A DNA stretch of 64,000 nt from Nitrosopumilaceae archaeon (GCA_965207375.1 OZ242274.1:1-64000); one strand, 5' to 3'. Positions 26,961 to 38,081 are shown, counted from the stretch's first letter. Notes: generated from the letters alone by a model not told the origin. A program made the numbers and translations.

Positions 26961-27599
26961 TTGTCCTCCTTGGAAATTGTTAGTAAAGATGAACATAAAA
27001 TGTCAGTAAAGCTAAAGGGTGTTCCCTTACAGTATGCAAATGCAATCAGACGCATATGTCTTAACGGAGTGCCGGTGTTTGCAGTAGATACAGTAGACGT
27101 TATTGAAAACTCTTCTGTCTTGGCAGATGAGGGATTGGCACACAGACTAGCATTGGTTCCCTTAAAGACGGATCTGCAAAGATATACCGAACCTGCAAAG
27201 TGTGAATGCAAAAGCGATACGGGGTGTTCAAATTGCAGAGTCATGCTAGTTTTAGATTCAGGAGATACGGATGCAACTAGAACGGTGCTGTCCAATGAAT
27301 TGACATCAGAAGATGAGGATGTAAAACCTACTTCTGAAAAAATTCCAATTGTGAAATTAGCACCTGGTCAAAAGGTAAAGGTTGAGGCATATGCAAGACT
27401 TGGAAGGGGTTCAGAACACGCAAAGTGGAATTCAGCAAACATTGCCACACTGACTGAAACCGATAAAGAGGATGAAAGAATTCTCACGGTGGAAACTACA
27501 GGTGCATTAAAACCAGAACAGATTATTTTATCAGCAGTAGATGAGCTCGCAAACAGACTAGTCGACTTTAAAACCGCCATAGAGCAAGTAGAGACATAG
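26961..27599 (+). CDS. rpo3: RNA polymerase subunit Rpo3 (D)
   Basis: ANAIRR, NSSVLADEGLAHRLALVPL, GSEHAKW. Confidence 0.96.
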   Translation: MSSLEIVSKDEHKMSVKLKGVPLQYANAIRRICLNGVPVFAVDTVDVIENSSVLADEGLAHRLALVPLKTDLQRYTEPAKCECKSDTGCSNCRVMLVLDSGDTDATRTVLSNELTSEDEDVKPTSEKIPIVKLAPGQKVKVEAYARLGRGSEHAKWNSANIATLTETDKEDERILTVETTGALKPEQIILSAVDELANRLVDFKTAIEQVET

Positions 27600-28207
27600 T
27601 CAAGTTCCTAGTGATGCGCTAAACAGTAGACATTTACAGATTATTTTTATTTGTGGCAGTCTCAGACACTGAATAAAAAATGATAAAGAAATCAAAAGTA
27701 TTTTTTTCTCAATTATACGAATTTGAAAAAAGAAATTCAGATGGCAATACTTGCTGTAATTTACAAGCTTATGGCACATCAGAATATCTACTTGTTCTAG
27801 GATATTTTTGTATCATGTTGTACTCTCCTGTAACAGTTTGTCACTTGGCACCTCTATGGATAAATGCCTGCGATGGCTCTACGTAAAGGCGTGCGAGCTT
27901 GCAGTTTGTATTAGGTATTACAATATTGTGCTACAATGTCATTTAACAGTCTTGGCAGCGTTGATACTGTTTGCATTATACAAAACAGTCAAATGTTCTC
28001 ACCTACCGGCAAATCCATCAAGGCACCTAGCAGCAGATATGTAACAGATGACACATCTTTGCACCGGCCTAGTTTCTATACACATCGTGCCAAGATAGAT
28101 AATCTCTGCCTGATGCAAACGGGGCTGCGTAAACCAGGCAATATATAGACTAGAGTTTGTACACGATACTTTTGAGCATACATATATTTGGGTTCTAAAA
28201 CGTTTTA

Positions 28208-28561
28208 ATGAAAATGACCGGTCAAACTGTGATACAGTTAGTAAAGGATCTCAAAAAGGCATCACGGGACAACGAGGCACCAATTTGGGCCAAATTGGCA
28301 CAATTTGCCACAAAACCAGGCAGTGCAAAAAGAATCATCAACATCAATAGAATCTCTCAATTAACAAAAGACAACGATACAATCGTGTTTCCAGGCAAGG
28401 TGCTAGGTATCGGAACCATTTCACACAAGGTTACAATTTTCTCATTTTCAATCTCAAATACTGCAGCAGATAAAATCATCAAAGCAGGCGGAAAGATAGT
28501 CTCACACAGACACATTACAGAACAATACCCAACCGGAAGAGGAGTGATGCTACTTGGCTGA
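28208..28561 (+). CDS. rpl18e: 50S ribosomal protein eL18
   Basis: APIW, PGKVLGIG, FSISNTAADKI..AGG. Confidence 0.95.
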   Translation: MKMTGQTVIQLVKDLKKASRDNEAPIWAKLAQFATKPGSAKRIININRISQLTKDNDTIVFPGKVLGIGTISHKVTIFSFSISNTAADKIIKAGGKIVSHRHITEQYPTGRGVMLLG

Positions 28562-29003
28562 AAATTCTAAAATGTCCCAAGTGGTAATTGACGGAACAGA
28601 TCACATTGCAGGCAGATTGGCATCAAATGTTGCAAAATTACTTTTACAGGGAAAAAGAGTATCAATTGTAAATTGTCAAAACATAATGATTAGCGGTACA
28701 AGAAGCAACATCATCAAAGAGTATAGAGATTTTCTAGAAATTGCCAGTATTTTGAATCCAAAACATGGTCCGTTTCATCCAAGAAGGCCAGATACCATAA
28801 TTGCAAGAATGGTTAGAGGTATGCTTCCAAGAGACAAGCCGTCTGGAAAAACTGCACTAAGTAGACTGAGAACATACATTGGAAGTCCAAAACAAACAAA
28901 ACCGTTTGAAAAGATTCAACTTGAAAAGGCAAAGATAACTAGATCGTCGGCAAATTATACTACAATGGCAGACTTGGGTAGAACAATTGGGTGGACCGAA
29001 TGA
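28554..29003 (+). CDS. rpl13: 50S ribosomal protein uL13
   Basis: IAGRLASNVAK, GPFHPRRPD, VRGMLP. Confidence 0.96.
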   Translation: MAENSKMSQVVIDGTDHIAGRLASNVAKLLLQGKRVSIVNCQNIMISGTRSNIIKEYRDFLEIASILNPKHGPFHPRRPDTIIARMVRGMLPRDKPSGKTALSRLRTYIGSPKQTKPFEKIQLEKAKITRSSANYTTMADLGRTIGWTE

Positions 29004-29446
29004 CTGTAAAAACAGAGATTTATTTTGCAACAAGAAAGACATCTAGTGCACATGTATACATTACAAAAGGATGCGGCAAAATCAGAATCAACAACATTCC
29101 AATTGAAGTGATTCCGCAAGAACATGCAAGAGAAACGATTTTGGCTCCGCTTGAAATAGCAGGGAACCTAAGAGAAAAGATTGACATCTCAGTCAGGGTT
29201 AGAGGAGGCGGATTTATGGGCCAGGCAGGAGCTACTGCCACTGCAATTTCACGTGCGTTGACAGGCTGGACAAAATCCAAAAAAGAACCAAAGGATCATC
29301 CACTGCCCAAATCAACTAGAGAGGATTTGAGAAAAAGAATTTCTGACTTTGATAAATATTTGATCAGCGGTGATGCTAGAAGAAAGGAACCAAAAAAGTT
29401 TGGCGGACCCGGTGCACGAAGAAGAAAGCAAAAATCATACCGTTAG
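29000..29446 (+). CDS. rps9: 30S ribosomal protein uS9
   Basis: VRGGGFMGQA, KEPKKFGGPGARRRKQKSYR. Confidence 0.97.
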   Translation: MTVKTEIYFATRKTSSAHVYITKGCGKIRINNIPIEVIPQEHARETILAPLEIAGNLREKIDISVRVRGGGFMGQAGATATAISRALTGWTKSKKEPKDHPLPKSTREDLRKRISDFDKYLISGDARRKEPKKFGGPGARRRKQKSYR

Positions 29447-29449
29447 ACT

Positions 29450-30163
29450 GTGAAAGCTGTAATTTTAGCAGGCGGCAAGGGCACACGCGGAAAACCGTAC
29501 ACAGATTATTTTCCAAAGGCAATGATTCCCATCAATGGAGTGCCGCTGATTCAATACATTGTAAAATATCTAAATCCGCATGTAACGGAAATAATCATAA
29601 TTTCAGACTTTTGCGGACTAGGCGCACAAATTCAAAACCATCTGAGGGGGCAAAAAATTGCAAGAAAGGTAAAATTTATCCAGGATTCACAAAATGGAAC
29701 AGGGGGGGACCTGTTGCATGCAGCAGCCTTGCTAAAAGACACAAAAGAGTTTGTCTTGTGGTTTGCCGATAATTTTTGTGCAATCAACCTAAAGGAAATG
29801 AAAAAACAGTTTGATGCCAAAAATAGCATTGCATGTATTGCAACACGCTCAAAAAGAAAGGAAGAAACAGGATTTGCAAGAGTGCAAGATGGAAAAATTA
29901 TGGAATTTTTAGAAAAACCCACAATAAAGATGCAGATGCAAGAGTGTCTTGGAATCTACATGCTAGACACAAAAATTCTAAAACAAATAAAACCAAAAAG
30001 AAACATCAATTTATCATATGATGTACTAGAAACACTCTCTAAAAGGGAGACAGTAACTGCATACGACATTGGCAGCAGAGAATGGCTAGATATCGAATCA
30101 CCGATAACAGTAGATAGAAATCAAAGACAGGTAGATAAAATCATAAGACAGATGGAATTTTAG
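29450..30163 (+). CDS. Nucleotidyltransferase (NDP-sugar pyrophosphorylase family)
   Basis: MKAVILAGGKGTR...PKAMIP. Confidence 0.9.
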   Translation: MKAVILAGGKGTRGKPYTDYFPKAMIPINGVPLIQYIVKYLNPHVTEIIIISDFCGLGAQIQNHLRGQKIARKVKFIQDSQNGTGGDLLHAAALLKDTKEFVLWFADNFCAINLKEMKKQFDAKNSIACIATRSKRKEETGFARVQDGKIMEFLEKPTIKMQMQECLGIYMLDTKILKQIKPKRNINLSYDVLETLSKRETVTAYDIGSREWLDIESPITVDRNQRQVDKIIRQMEF

Positions 30164-30725
30164 ACTGTTTTTCAAAGGATGCTATATCAGATTCGTATTG
30201 AAAGGTAATTGCAATATCATCAAGGCCCTCTAAGAGAATCTTTTGGTCGTATTCATCAATCTCAAAGCCGATAGATTCGTCTGGCAGCAATATGGTTTGT
30301 GTTTGCAAATTTACCTGTACAGGAGTTGTAGTACTTTGAATTTTCTGAATGGTTTTGGCAGGCAGTACAATTGGCAGTATTCCGTTTTTGAGACAGTTGC
30401 TGTAAAAAATATCGGCAAATGCAGAAGATATAATCACATCAAAGCCGAAATCCTGCAGGGCCCACACTGCATGCTCCCTGCTTGAGCCACATCCAAAGTT
30501 ATCGCCTGCCACAAGTATTTTGGATCCTGCATATCTAGGATGGTTCAGTACAAAATCAGGGTTTGGGGTTCCATCATCTGCAAATCTCCAGTTGTAAAAC
30601 AGATATTTTCCAAATCCAGATTTTGTAACCAATTTTAGAAATTGTTTGGGAACAATTTGATCGGTGTCAACATTTACCTTGTCTAGGGGAGTAATTATGG
30701 TTTTAATTGTGGTAAATTTTTTCAT
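30141..30725 (-). CDS. leuD: 3-isopropylmalate dehydratase small subunit (bacterial type)
   Basis: [28 protein letters not shown]. Confidence 0.95.
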   Translation of the reverse strand: MKKFTTIKTIITPLDKVNVDTDQIVPKQFLKLVTKSGFGKYLFYNWRFADDGTPNPDFVLNHPRYAGSKILVAGDNFGCGSSREHAVWALQDFGFDVIISSAFADIFYSNCLKNGILPIVLPAKTIQKIQSTTTPVQVNLQTQTILLPDESIGFEIDEYDQKILLEGLDDIAITFQYESDIASFEKQSKIPSVL

Positions 30726-32134
30726 CAGTTCAACTCCAATTCTCTTACATCAACAAAATGACCGTTGATTGCAGCAGCTGCTGCCATAACGGGGCTGACC
30801 AGATGAGTTCTGCCGCCTGCGCCCTGTCTTCCTTCAAAATTACGGTTAGATGTGCTTGCACAGCGCTCTGTGGGGGCCAAAATGTCGGGATTCATGCCCA
30901 AACACATGCTGCATCCAGATTCGCGCCATTCAAAATTTGCACTTTTGAAAATTTTGTCCAAACCCATGTCTTCTGCCTGCTTTTTGACCATTTGTGAGCC
31001 GGGAACGACCATGGCCCTTACCTTTGGGGAAACAGTCTTCCCCTTTACAACCCTAGATGCATCAATTAGATCCTCTAATCGTGCATTAGTACAAGAACCA
31101 ATAAACACCCTGTCAATTGAGATATCAGTTACAGATGTGCCAGGCTTTAGATCCATATACTCCAAGGCCTTAGTCACGCCCCGTTGCTGGGACGAGTCAT
31201 CTGCAAAATCTTCAGGATATGGAATTTGTTCTGTTACATCGCAAGTCATTGCAGGATTGGTGCCCCAGCTTACCTGTGGAGCAATGTTGTCAATGTCAAG
31301 TGTGTAGGTTTTATCAAAATTGACATTTGGATCACTGTGAAGGTTTGATTTCCAATCATCTACCAAATCATCATAGTTGTCAGGTGTAAATTGTCGGTTG
31401 CACAGATAGTCAAATGTTTTTTCATCGGGGGCAACAAGGCCTGCGCGAGCTCCACCCTCAATTGACATGTTACATATAGTCATGCGCTGTTCCATGGATA
31501 GTTCCTCAATTGCCGGACCCCGATACTCTATTACGGTACCTGTGCCTCCCGAGGTGCCAATGTTTTTGATTATTGAAAGTATGATATCTTTGGCAGTTAC
31601 AGCAAGTGGGTTTTTGCGTAGTCCCTGTACCCTTATTTCAAAAGATTTAGGCTTGCTCAACCACAGAGTCTGAGATGCTAAGACGTGCTCTACCTCGCTT
31701 GTTCCTATTCCAAATGCTAGTGCACCAAAGGCACCATGTGTTGATGTATGACTGTCGCCACAAACTATCGTTGTACCAGGCAGTGTTATGCCCAATTGCG
31801 GCCCTATAACGTGAACGATTCCCTGGTTAGGACTATTCATTCCAAAAAGACGAATTCCAAAATCCTTACAGTTTTTTGCCAGTGTCTGAATTTGAATCTC
31901 TGAAGTTTGATCAACTATAGGCAGGGAGCGATCAGTTGTAGGAACGTTGTGATCCATTGTTGCAATTGTCAAATCGGGCCTTCGCACCCTTCTGCCATTG
32001 ATACGCAAGCCTTCAAATGCCTGAGGAGAGGTCACCTCATGTATCAGATGCCTGTCAATGTACACTAGTGAGGGACCATCTGTTTTTTGAACTATTAGAT
32101 GATTGTTCCAGATTTTTTCAAACAAAGAAGGCAT
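30725..32134 (-). CDS. leuC: 3-isopropylmalate dehydratase large subunit (bacterial type)
   Basis: [44 protein letters not shown]. Confidence 0.95.
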   Translation of the reverse strand: MPSLFEKIWNNHLIVQKTDGPSLVYIDRHLIHEVTSPQAFEGLRINGRRVRRPDLTIATMDHNVPTTDRSLPIVDQTSEIQIQTLAKNCKDFGIRLFGMNSPNQGIVHVIGPQLGITLPGTTIVCGDSHTSTHGAFGALAFGIGTSEVEHVLASQTLWLSKPKSFEIRVQGLRKNPLAVTAKDIILSIIKNIGTSGGTGTVIEYRGPAIEELSMEQRMTICNMSIEGGARAGLVAPDEKTFDYLCNRQFTPDNYDDLVDDWKSNLHSDPNVNFDKTYTLDIDNIAPQVSWGTNPAMTCDVTEQIPYPEDFADDSSQQRGVTKALEYMDLKPGTSVTDISIDRVFIGSCTNARLEDLIDASRVVKGKTVSPKVRAMVVPGSQMVKKQAEDMGLDKIFKSANFEWRESGCSMCLGMNPDILAPTERCASTSNRNFEGRQGAGGRTHLVSPVMAAAAAINGHFVDVRELELN

Positions 32135-32136
32135 AT

Positions 32137-32622
32137 CTATTCGGGTTTGAATTTAAAGAGTCCGCCTGCGGCAATGATTCTGCTTATAATGTCAGAAAAT
32201 GGCTTCATGGAATAGGTTTCATTTTTGGTGATGTTTGTGATTTTATTTTCTTTGATGTCAATTTCTATCTGGTCGCCTTCGGATATTTTCCTATACGTGG
32301 CATCATCGATTTCAATAGGCAAAAGAAATGCACCGTCAACTGAATTTCTGTAAAAAATCCGGGCAAAGGAGACTGCAAGTACTGCCTTTATTCCGCAATG
32401 AGACAGTGCTATGGGGGCATGCTCTCTACTAGAGCCGCATCCAAAGTTTTTACCTGCCAAAATAAAATCTCCAGGATTTACCTTGGAGTGAAAGTCAGGA
32501 TCCAGACCCTCCATTGCATGCGTTGCTAGTTCGTCATAGTCATGGATTTTCAGGTATTGACCAGGTATGATGACGTCAGTATCTATATTGTCACGCTCGT
32601 ATTTGATGATGTTTCCCTTCAA
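32137..32622 (-). CDS. Isopropylmalate dehydratase/homoaconitase small subunit (archaeal type)
   Basis: [31 protein letters not shown]. Confidence 0.9.
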   Translation of the reverse strand: MKGNIIKYERDNIDTDVIIPGQYLKIHDYDELATHAMEGLDPDFHSKVNPGDFILAGKNFGCGSSREHAPIALSHCGIKAVLAVSFARIFYRNSVDGAFLLPIEIDDATYRKISEGDQIEIDIKENKITNITKNETYSMKPFSDIISRIIAAGGLFKFKPE

Positions 32623-33890
32623 TTCAAATCCCTCGGATCGGTAATTTTGCCTGTAACTGCAGATGCTGCAGTCACAAGAGGGGATGCAAGATATGTCTGA
32701 GACTCAACATGGCCCATTCTGCCAGGAAAGTTGCGATTGGTGGTGCTTATACATATTTCATCTTTGGCCAATACACCCATGTGTGCACCACAGCAAGCAC
32801 CACAGGTTGGAGGCCCCACAGTGACACCGGCGTCAAGAAATATTTTGATGAATCCTTTTTCTAGAGCCTTTTTGTATATTGATATGGCAGCAGGCAAAAC
32901 TTCGGTTCTTATTTTTACGGTACGCCCTTTGAGAATTTTTGCAGCAGCCTCGATGTCCTCTAATTTTGCACCGGTACAAGAGCCAATGTATGCCTTGTCT
33001 AATTCAACAGATGGTGCTTCACGAACAACTGTTACGTTTTCAGGTGAAAACGGTTTTGCAACAATTGGCTCCATGCTTGCACCGTCGTATTCAAAAACTT
33101 TAGCATATTCTGCATCATCATCACCTGTGACAGGGGTGAAATTGCCTGCGCCTCTTGCTGCAAGATAGTCGTAAATCTTTTGATCAGGCTCGATAATTCC
33201 ATTTTTTGCACCTGCCTCAGTTGTCATGTTGCATAAAGTCAATCTCCCTTCCACAGACATTTCATCTATTCCCGAACCCCCAAACTGCATAGTTTGGTAT
33301 GCACCGCCATCGGTGCCAATGTCGCCAATAATTTTCAAAATAAAGTCCTTTGCCATTACATGATCGGGAAGTTTTCCATCAAGTTTGAAATATATCGTTT
33401 CAGGTACCTTAAACCAAATTTGTCCGTAAAGTAGAACGTATGCAATGTCTGTATGTCCCAATCCACATGCAAATGCGCCAAGAGCACCAGTAGTATTAGT
33501 ATGAGAATCGCCTCCAACGTATACCTCTCCAGGCAAGACCATTGCTTCCTCGTGAGACAAGGTATGACATATTCCGTATTGGCCCATGCCGTATTTGAAA
33601 TGCTTTTTAATTCCGTAATTTTTGGTAAAATTTGATAGCTTTACAATATTTTCAGCAGATATTTTTTCTGCAGAAGGTACAAAGTGATCTTCTGCTACCC
33701 AAACTTTGGCAGGATCCCATAATTTATCAGTAGGAATTCCCTGTTTGTTTAGTTTATCAAATACCTTCAGCACTCCAGGTCCAGAAACATCATGAACCAT
33801 GACTTTGTCCACATTGGCAAATATCACATCATCAGGTGCTAGTTTGGCCTTTCCTGATGCACGTGCCAGTATTTTCTCTACTATATTCAC
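32619..33890 (-). CDS. Isopropylmalate dehydratase/homoaconitase large subunit (archaeal type)
   Basis: GDSHT, IGSCTG, CGACCG, STTNRNFPGRMG. Confidence 0.9.
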   Translation of the reverse strand: MNIVEKILARASGKAKLAPDDVIFANVDKVMVHDVSGPGVLKVFDKLNKQGIPTDKLWDPAKVWVAEDHFVPSAEKISAENIVKLSNFTKNYGIKKHFKYGMGQYGICHTLSHEEAMVLPGEVYVGGDSHTNTTGALGAFACGLGHTDIAYVLLYGQIWFKVPETIYFKLDGKLPDHVMAKDFILKIIGDIGTDGGAYQTMQFGGSGIDEMSVEGRLTLCNMTTEAGAKNGIIEPDQKIYDYLAARGAGNFTPVTGDDDAEYAKVFEYDGASMEPIVAKPFSPENVTVVREAPSVELDKAYIGSCTGAKLEDIEAAAKILKGRTVKIRTEVLPAAISIYKKALEKGFIKIFLDAGVTVGPPTCGACCGAHMGVLAKDEICISTTNRNFPGRMGHVESQTYLASPLVTAASAVTGKITDPRDLN

Positions 33891-33985
33891 GATCCAAAAA
33901 GCCCAGCCTATGAATTAAAATCTTTTCAGAAGTGGAATACTGTCAAAGTTTATCTCTTATAATTTACAAACAGGCCTGTTAGAAG

Positions 33986-34210
33986 GAGAGGTCGATCAAC
34001 AATGCACACTTTAGCAATAGGAGGCGTGTACCAGTAGAATACGTCTTTGCACATGTGAAAAATTGGAAGCGTATAGCGGGACGATATGATGGCACTGCAG
34101 AAGAGTTCAATGTTGAATTCAACGGTATCTGTGGCATGTACAACAAGCGCAAGATGTGGGCAGACGGCACATATCATTACTGGAAAGACAAGATACTGAA
34201 CAGTAAATAA
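33986..34210 (+). pseudogene. 3' fragment of an IS5-family (ISL2/DDE_Tnp_4-like) transposase
   Basis: Manual translation: NNAHFSNRRRVPVEYVFAHVKNWKRIAGRYDG...FNGICGMYNKRKMW; no 5' part or start codon. Confidence 0.65.
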
Positions 34211-34601
34211 CAATACTATATTCAAATCGATACATGTAATTTACAAATGCACATGTCTGCGCATAATTTTTTGCTGTGTATGCATATTTTACTTGAGACT
34301 ATGACAAATCTCACACAGATATTTGATTGGAAAAATTATTTCAGTTGATTACGCATAAACTCTATTGATGTTTTACCAACAATTAACGCTGAAGAATCCC
34401 TTTTTCATTATGTACATTATTACATTTTTTTATATAAAAATATCATTCTTGTTCATATTGTGCTGTCTGATTATGAATTGTCTGGATTCCTCTGCCAGTC
34501 TTTTTACCATGGGTTTTCTTGATCTATGCAACTTGAAATAATCAGCGAACGTCTTCTTGATCCTAGGCGGACCTAGTTTTTGAACAATAGAACATATCTA
34601 G

Positions 34602-34700
34602 GATTGCACATACTCAGGTCGCCTCTGATTCTATGCCTAGTTTTTGAACATGTATGAAAATTTTATGCCTGAAAAATTTACGACCTGAGTTTGTACAATC
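34602..34700. repeat. 20-bp imperfect inverted repeat, possible MITE
   Basis: GATTGCACATACTCAGGTCG 34602-34621 versus CGACCTGAGTTTGTACAATC 34681-34700 (18/20). Confidence 0.7.
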
Positions 34701-34727
34701 TGTCTTTGTGATGAGTCCAAATCACCA

Positions 34728-35054
34728 TCAACCGTATTTTCGAGAGAATCCAAAAATATGCTTGTTATCATCCAACCAAGCTACGATCCTGTGAATAAAT
34801 ATTGCAAACAACGCCCAAACTACTACTGTTCCAATAAAGCCTACAATTACGCCCAAATATTCTTCAAAGGTGGTTTCAGAATACGCGCTGTCGCCAACTA
34901 GAGCATAAACCACATGAACAAAAATGAAAAATGTTTCAGCTCCCCCGTGTAGCATGACAGGAAATTCCGACATAAAAAACAGTATAGATGAGAGTGCAGA
35001 TACTATTCCATAGGATACAAACCCGATTACGAACAACAGCTTTAATCTATCCAC
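34728..35054 (-). CDS. Small membrane protein with about 3 TM helices
   Basis: 108 aa with three hydrophobic segments. Confidence 0.65.
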   Translation of the reverse strand: MDRLKLLFVIGFVSYGIVSALSSILFFMSEFPVMLHGGAETFFIFVHVVYALVGDSAYSETTFEEYLGVIVGFIGTVVVWALFAIFIHRIVAWLDDNKHIFGFSRKYG

Positions 35055-35135
35055 TCATTTTCATCTAGATTAAGACCCATTTATGATTCCATTCTTTTTT
35101 TCAAATTACTATGCATATGGTCAGAATCATACAGC

Positions 35136-35235
35136 CAGCTAAGCGAAATGTGTGCAAAATAGACCAAAATCTACCCCAAAATGCAAAGAGAATAACAGGG
35201 CAGATTAAGAATTTGGGCTACATTTCGCTTAGCTG
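35136..35235. mobile_element. 100-bp MITE, copy 1
   Basis: Perfect 16-bp TIR CAGCTAAGCGAAATGT/ACATTTCGCTTAGCTG; second copy at 44875-44976. Confidence 0.88.
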
Positions 35236-35409
35236 TACAAATAACTCAAATTAAATATGACAATCATAATCTTATGATTACCAGGCATTGAAACGTATTC
35301 TAGTCATCACACACCATAGATGTTAAAGAATTTGTCAACTTGCACAAGACGTACTCAAATCCATAGTGCTCTACATATCCATTTAGAGAAACCTTACGAA
35401 TAAAAGAGA

Positions 35410-36192
35410 TTGTTCCTTAACAAATATGTGGTATTTAAGATACATCCAATTACAGTTGATAAAAAAACTGGCAGATTTAATCTGTTTGAGGATTTGGTTG
35501 TATCCATGAAAAAAAATGAAATAGAAATAGAAAATGAGGATATCGTAGTTGTTTCAAGCAAATACATTTCAAGCTCGCAAGGAAGAATCATTGATCTAAA
35601 AGACGTACAGGTATACCCCCAAGGAAAAGAGATTTCAAAAAAATACAGCATGCCAGAAACACTAGCAGAAACAATATCAAGAGAGTCAGATCAGATATTT
35701 GGAGGAATCTCAGGTTTTGTCATGTCTACAGTTGACAATATTTTAGCACCTAATGCAGGTATCGACAAATCAAACTCAAAAAAAGATACCGCAATTTTGT
35801 ATCCAAATGAACCATACAAGACAGCAGAAGAATTGAGGCGGAAAATTTTCTTAAAATTTACAACAAATGTGGGCGTGATAATTATAGACAGTAGATTAAT
35901 GCCATCTAGAGTAGGGACAGTAGGAGTAGCAATATCATGTGCAGGAATTGAACCAATCAACGACATGAGGGCACAAAAAGATCTAGATGGGAATCCGCTA
36001 AAGGTCACAATGCAGGCAATAGCAGATAGCTTGGCGACAATGGCAAATCACATCATGGGCGAAGGTGCAGAATTAAAACCGTACGTAATAATTAAAAAAT
36101 CAGATGCAAAACTGACTGGAAGAAAAATATTTTCTGATGAGATTGCAATTGCACATGAACAATGCGTGTATGTACGAAGTTTAAAAAACTAG
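35410..36192 (+). CDS. cofE: Coenzyme F420:L-glutamate ligase
   Basis: DIVVVSSK..S..QGR, PNAGIDKSN, D.RAQKDLDG.PLKVT..A.AD. Confidence 0.92.
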   Translation: MFLNKYVVFKIHPITVDKKTGRFNLFEDLVVSMKKNEIEIENEDIVVVSSKYISSSQGRIIDLKDVQVYPQGKEISKKYSMPETLAETISRESDQIFGGISGFVMSTVDNILAPNAGIDKSNSKKDTAILYPNEPYKTAEELRRKIFLKFTTNVGVIIIDSRLMPSRVGTVGVAISCAGIEPINDMRAQKDLDGNPLKVTMQAIADSLATMANHIMGEGAELKPYVIIKKSDAKLTGRKIFSDEIAIAHEQCVYVRSLKN

Positions 36193-36563
36193 GCAGAGTT
36201 TGTAGCCAAGCAAAATACAGCGACAATGTAAAGATTCTAGGGTTCACTGTTTCTGTATATTCTATACACGATCTGCATAAACGAAATCACGCAGGACCTA
36301 GGGCATCTTATGTCAATATCTAGGTACGGTACATCTTGTAGGTGTAAATCAATATAAAACAAACATCAAGATAAAAAATCTGAAAGGATTATTTATTCCA
36401 CATCTTGCCTGCAATTAATGCTAGAGAATAGATGCGTACGAGTCTGAAATTTTGACAGTGATTCTACAAATTAGCAAGTTGTATCCCCTTGCAATGTATC
36501 CATATCAGATTTAGAAAAAAATCGATTTCAATTTTAAATAAGGCATATGGAAATAAAATTTCA

Positions 36564-37115
36564 TTGGAGTACAATACAAAATATCCCAAAACCGTAGTAC
36601 TAGAAGATGGAACCGAGCAAAAATTAACAGTAGATCCTCGTCAGGGCATAGAACAGTTGCATATAGTTGTAAAAGAAAAATTTGAAAAAATATACGGAAT
36701 TTTTCAAAACAGGGGATTTACCAAAGTAAAATTCGAACACAAACAGCCATCACAGTTAGGAAACGGACTGTCACTCAAACTAAACAAACCATGGGAAATA
36801 CATCTCAGACTCTCAAGGATGGATGAAAAAAACATATTGATTCATGCAGAAGTAGAGGTATCTAGAGACTATATGCAGCATCTATTTTCTCAAAGAACAC
36901 CGGTAATTTACGAAGTCATTGAAATTTTAAAACAAAACAAGATAGAATCAAAAATATGGAATGTCAGAATAAAAAAATACGTCAAAAATACTATTGAAAA
37001 TTACAAGGTAAAATTGCAAAATCCTGCTTTGCCTACATTTGCATGGAAACCCATGGTATATTCAATTGGCGTTGTAGGTCTGTTCTATCTTGTAAAATAT
37101 TTGTTGACAATTTAG
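36564..37115 (+). CDS. Conserved thaumarchaeal hypothetical protein with C-terminal TM helix
   Basis: LEYNTKYPKTV...PWEIHLRL...HAEVEVSRDY; likely TTG start. Confidence 0.75.
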   Translation: MEYNTKYPKTVVLEDGTEQKLTVDPRQGIEQLHIVVKEKFEKIYGIFQNRGFTKVKFEHKQPSQLGNGLSLKLNKPWEIHLRLSRMDEKNILIHAEVEVSRDYMQHLFSQRTPVIYEVIEILKQNKIESKIWNVRIKKYVKNTIENYKVKLQNPALPTFAWKPMVYSIGVVGLFYLVKYLLTI

Positions 37116-37119
37116 AACT

Positions 37120-37440
37120 TTAAACGCCCAAGCCTTCGGCCTTGCTTAGATCAACGTATACCTTGTCACCTACAGAGAGGTCCATGTCCTTGTATTCGTG
37201 CATGTCAAGCTGAATGGAAGTAACACCGCTTGCCATGCCTCCCATATTAGACATCATTTTGTTAAGATCCTTCATCATGTCATTCATGTTAGAAATACCC
37301 ATGACCTTTGGTCCTCCAAATGGATTCATAGATGGGCCTTTTCCTTCACGCATATCCTTTGCAGACATTAGTGAAACTATCACATACGGCTGTCCATCAG
37401 GCGCAGAATCTATGCTTTTTACAATATACTCTTTTCTCAT
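37120..37440 (-). CDS. Conserved hypothetical protein
   Basis: 106 aa; EYIV.SI..APDG.PYV and EYK...L.VGDKV. Confidence 0.8.
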   Translation of the reverse strand: MRKEYIVKSIDSAPDGQPYVIVSLMSAKDMREGKGPSMNPFGGPKVMGISNMNDMMKDLNKMMSNMGGMASGVTSIQLDMHEYKDMDLSVGDKVYVDLSKAEGLGV

Positions 37441-37544
37441 GATAAAATATGTGATATATCGTATAATTTTAATTTTAGGTATTATTGTGCACCAGATGGT
37501 TCAATTTTAGAACCTTTAATTAGAAATTTCGACGCAGTCATATA

Positions 37545-38081
37545 GTGAATCAGGCACTAGTTGTAGAATTTACATATTATGGAATTTCTCCCTGGGAATC
37601 AGAGGTGGCATACGGTTATTTTAATTCAAAATTTTCTGTAAAACAAAAAGAGATAGAGCCTGACGATGATGAATTTGTGAGTTTTTTACGTTTAATAATA
37701 CCTGTTGGGTTTAGTGAGGAATTTTTCAAGTGGTTTGAATTTAGAAGGTGGGAAAAGGTAAAAGCCCTGTTCAAAGAAATGAAAAGGCGCAGGGGTTCAG
37801 GCAATGCCCTAAAAATTGAAATAATTTTCAAGGCAATGCCCTCAATCAGATTCGTAGTTGATGTCCATGACAAGCAATGGTTTGGCAATGCAATAGAGAA
37901 GATGGATTTTGTATTAGAGTTGATACCGTACCATGCATCGCCTGAAAAACTTCCAGAGAATGTAGATCAAATTACATACAAATTTGATTCAGAATCTGTA
38001 AGATGGAAGTTACATTCAGCAGATTCTCTGGGAATCACATACATGCACAAAAACGGCAAATGGAAAAACCCCGCTAGTTGA
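37545..38081 (+). CDS. Conserved hypothetical protein
   Basis: 178 aa ORF with a TATA-like element upstream. Confidence 0.75.
   Translation: MNQALVVEFTYYGISPWESEVAYGYFNSKFSVKQKEIEPDDDEFVSFLRLIIPVGFSEEFFKWFEFRRWEKVKALFKEMKRRRGSGNALKIEIIFKAMPSIRFVVDVHDKQWFGNAIEKMDFVLELIPYHASPEKLPENVDQITYKFDSESVRWKLHSADSLGITYMHKNGKWKNPAS

Noticed and set aside
27680-28148. Three short plus-strand ORFs between rpo3 and rpl18e
   Set aside because: Mutually overlapping, atypical composition, no recognisable motifs.
30141-33890. Two adjacent leuCD-like pairs as a novel pathway
   Set aside because: Paralogous isopropylmalate/homoaconitate dehydratases are expected in this lineage; nothing unusual in the sequence.
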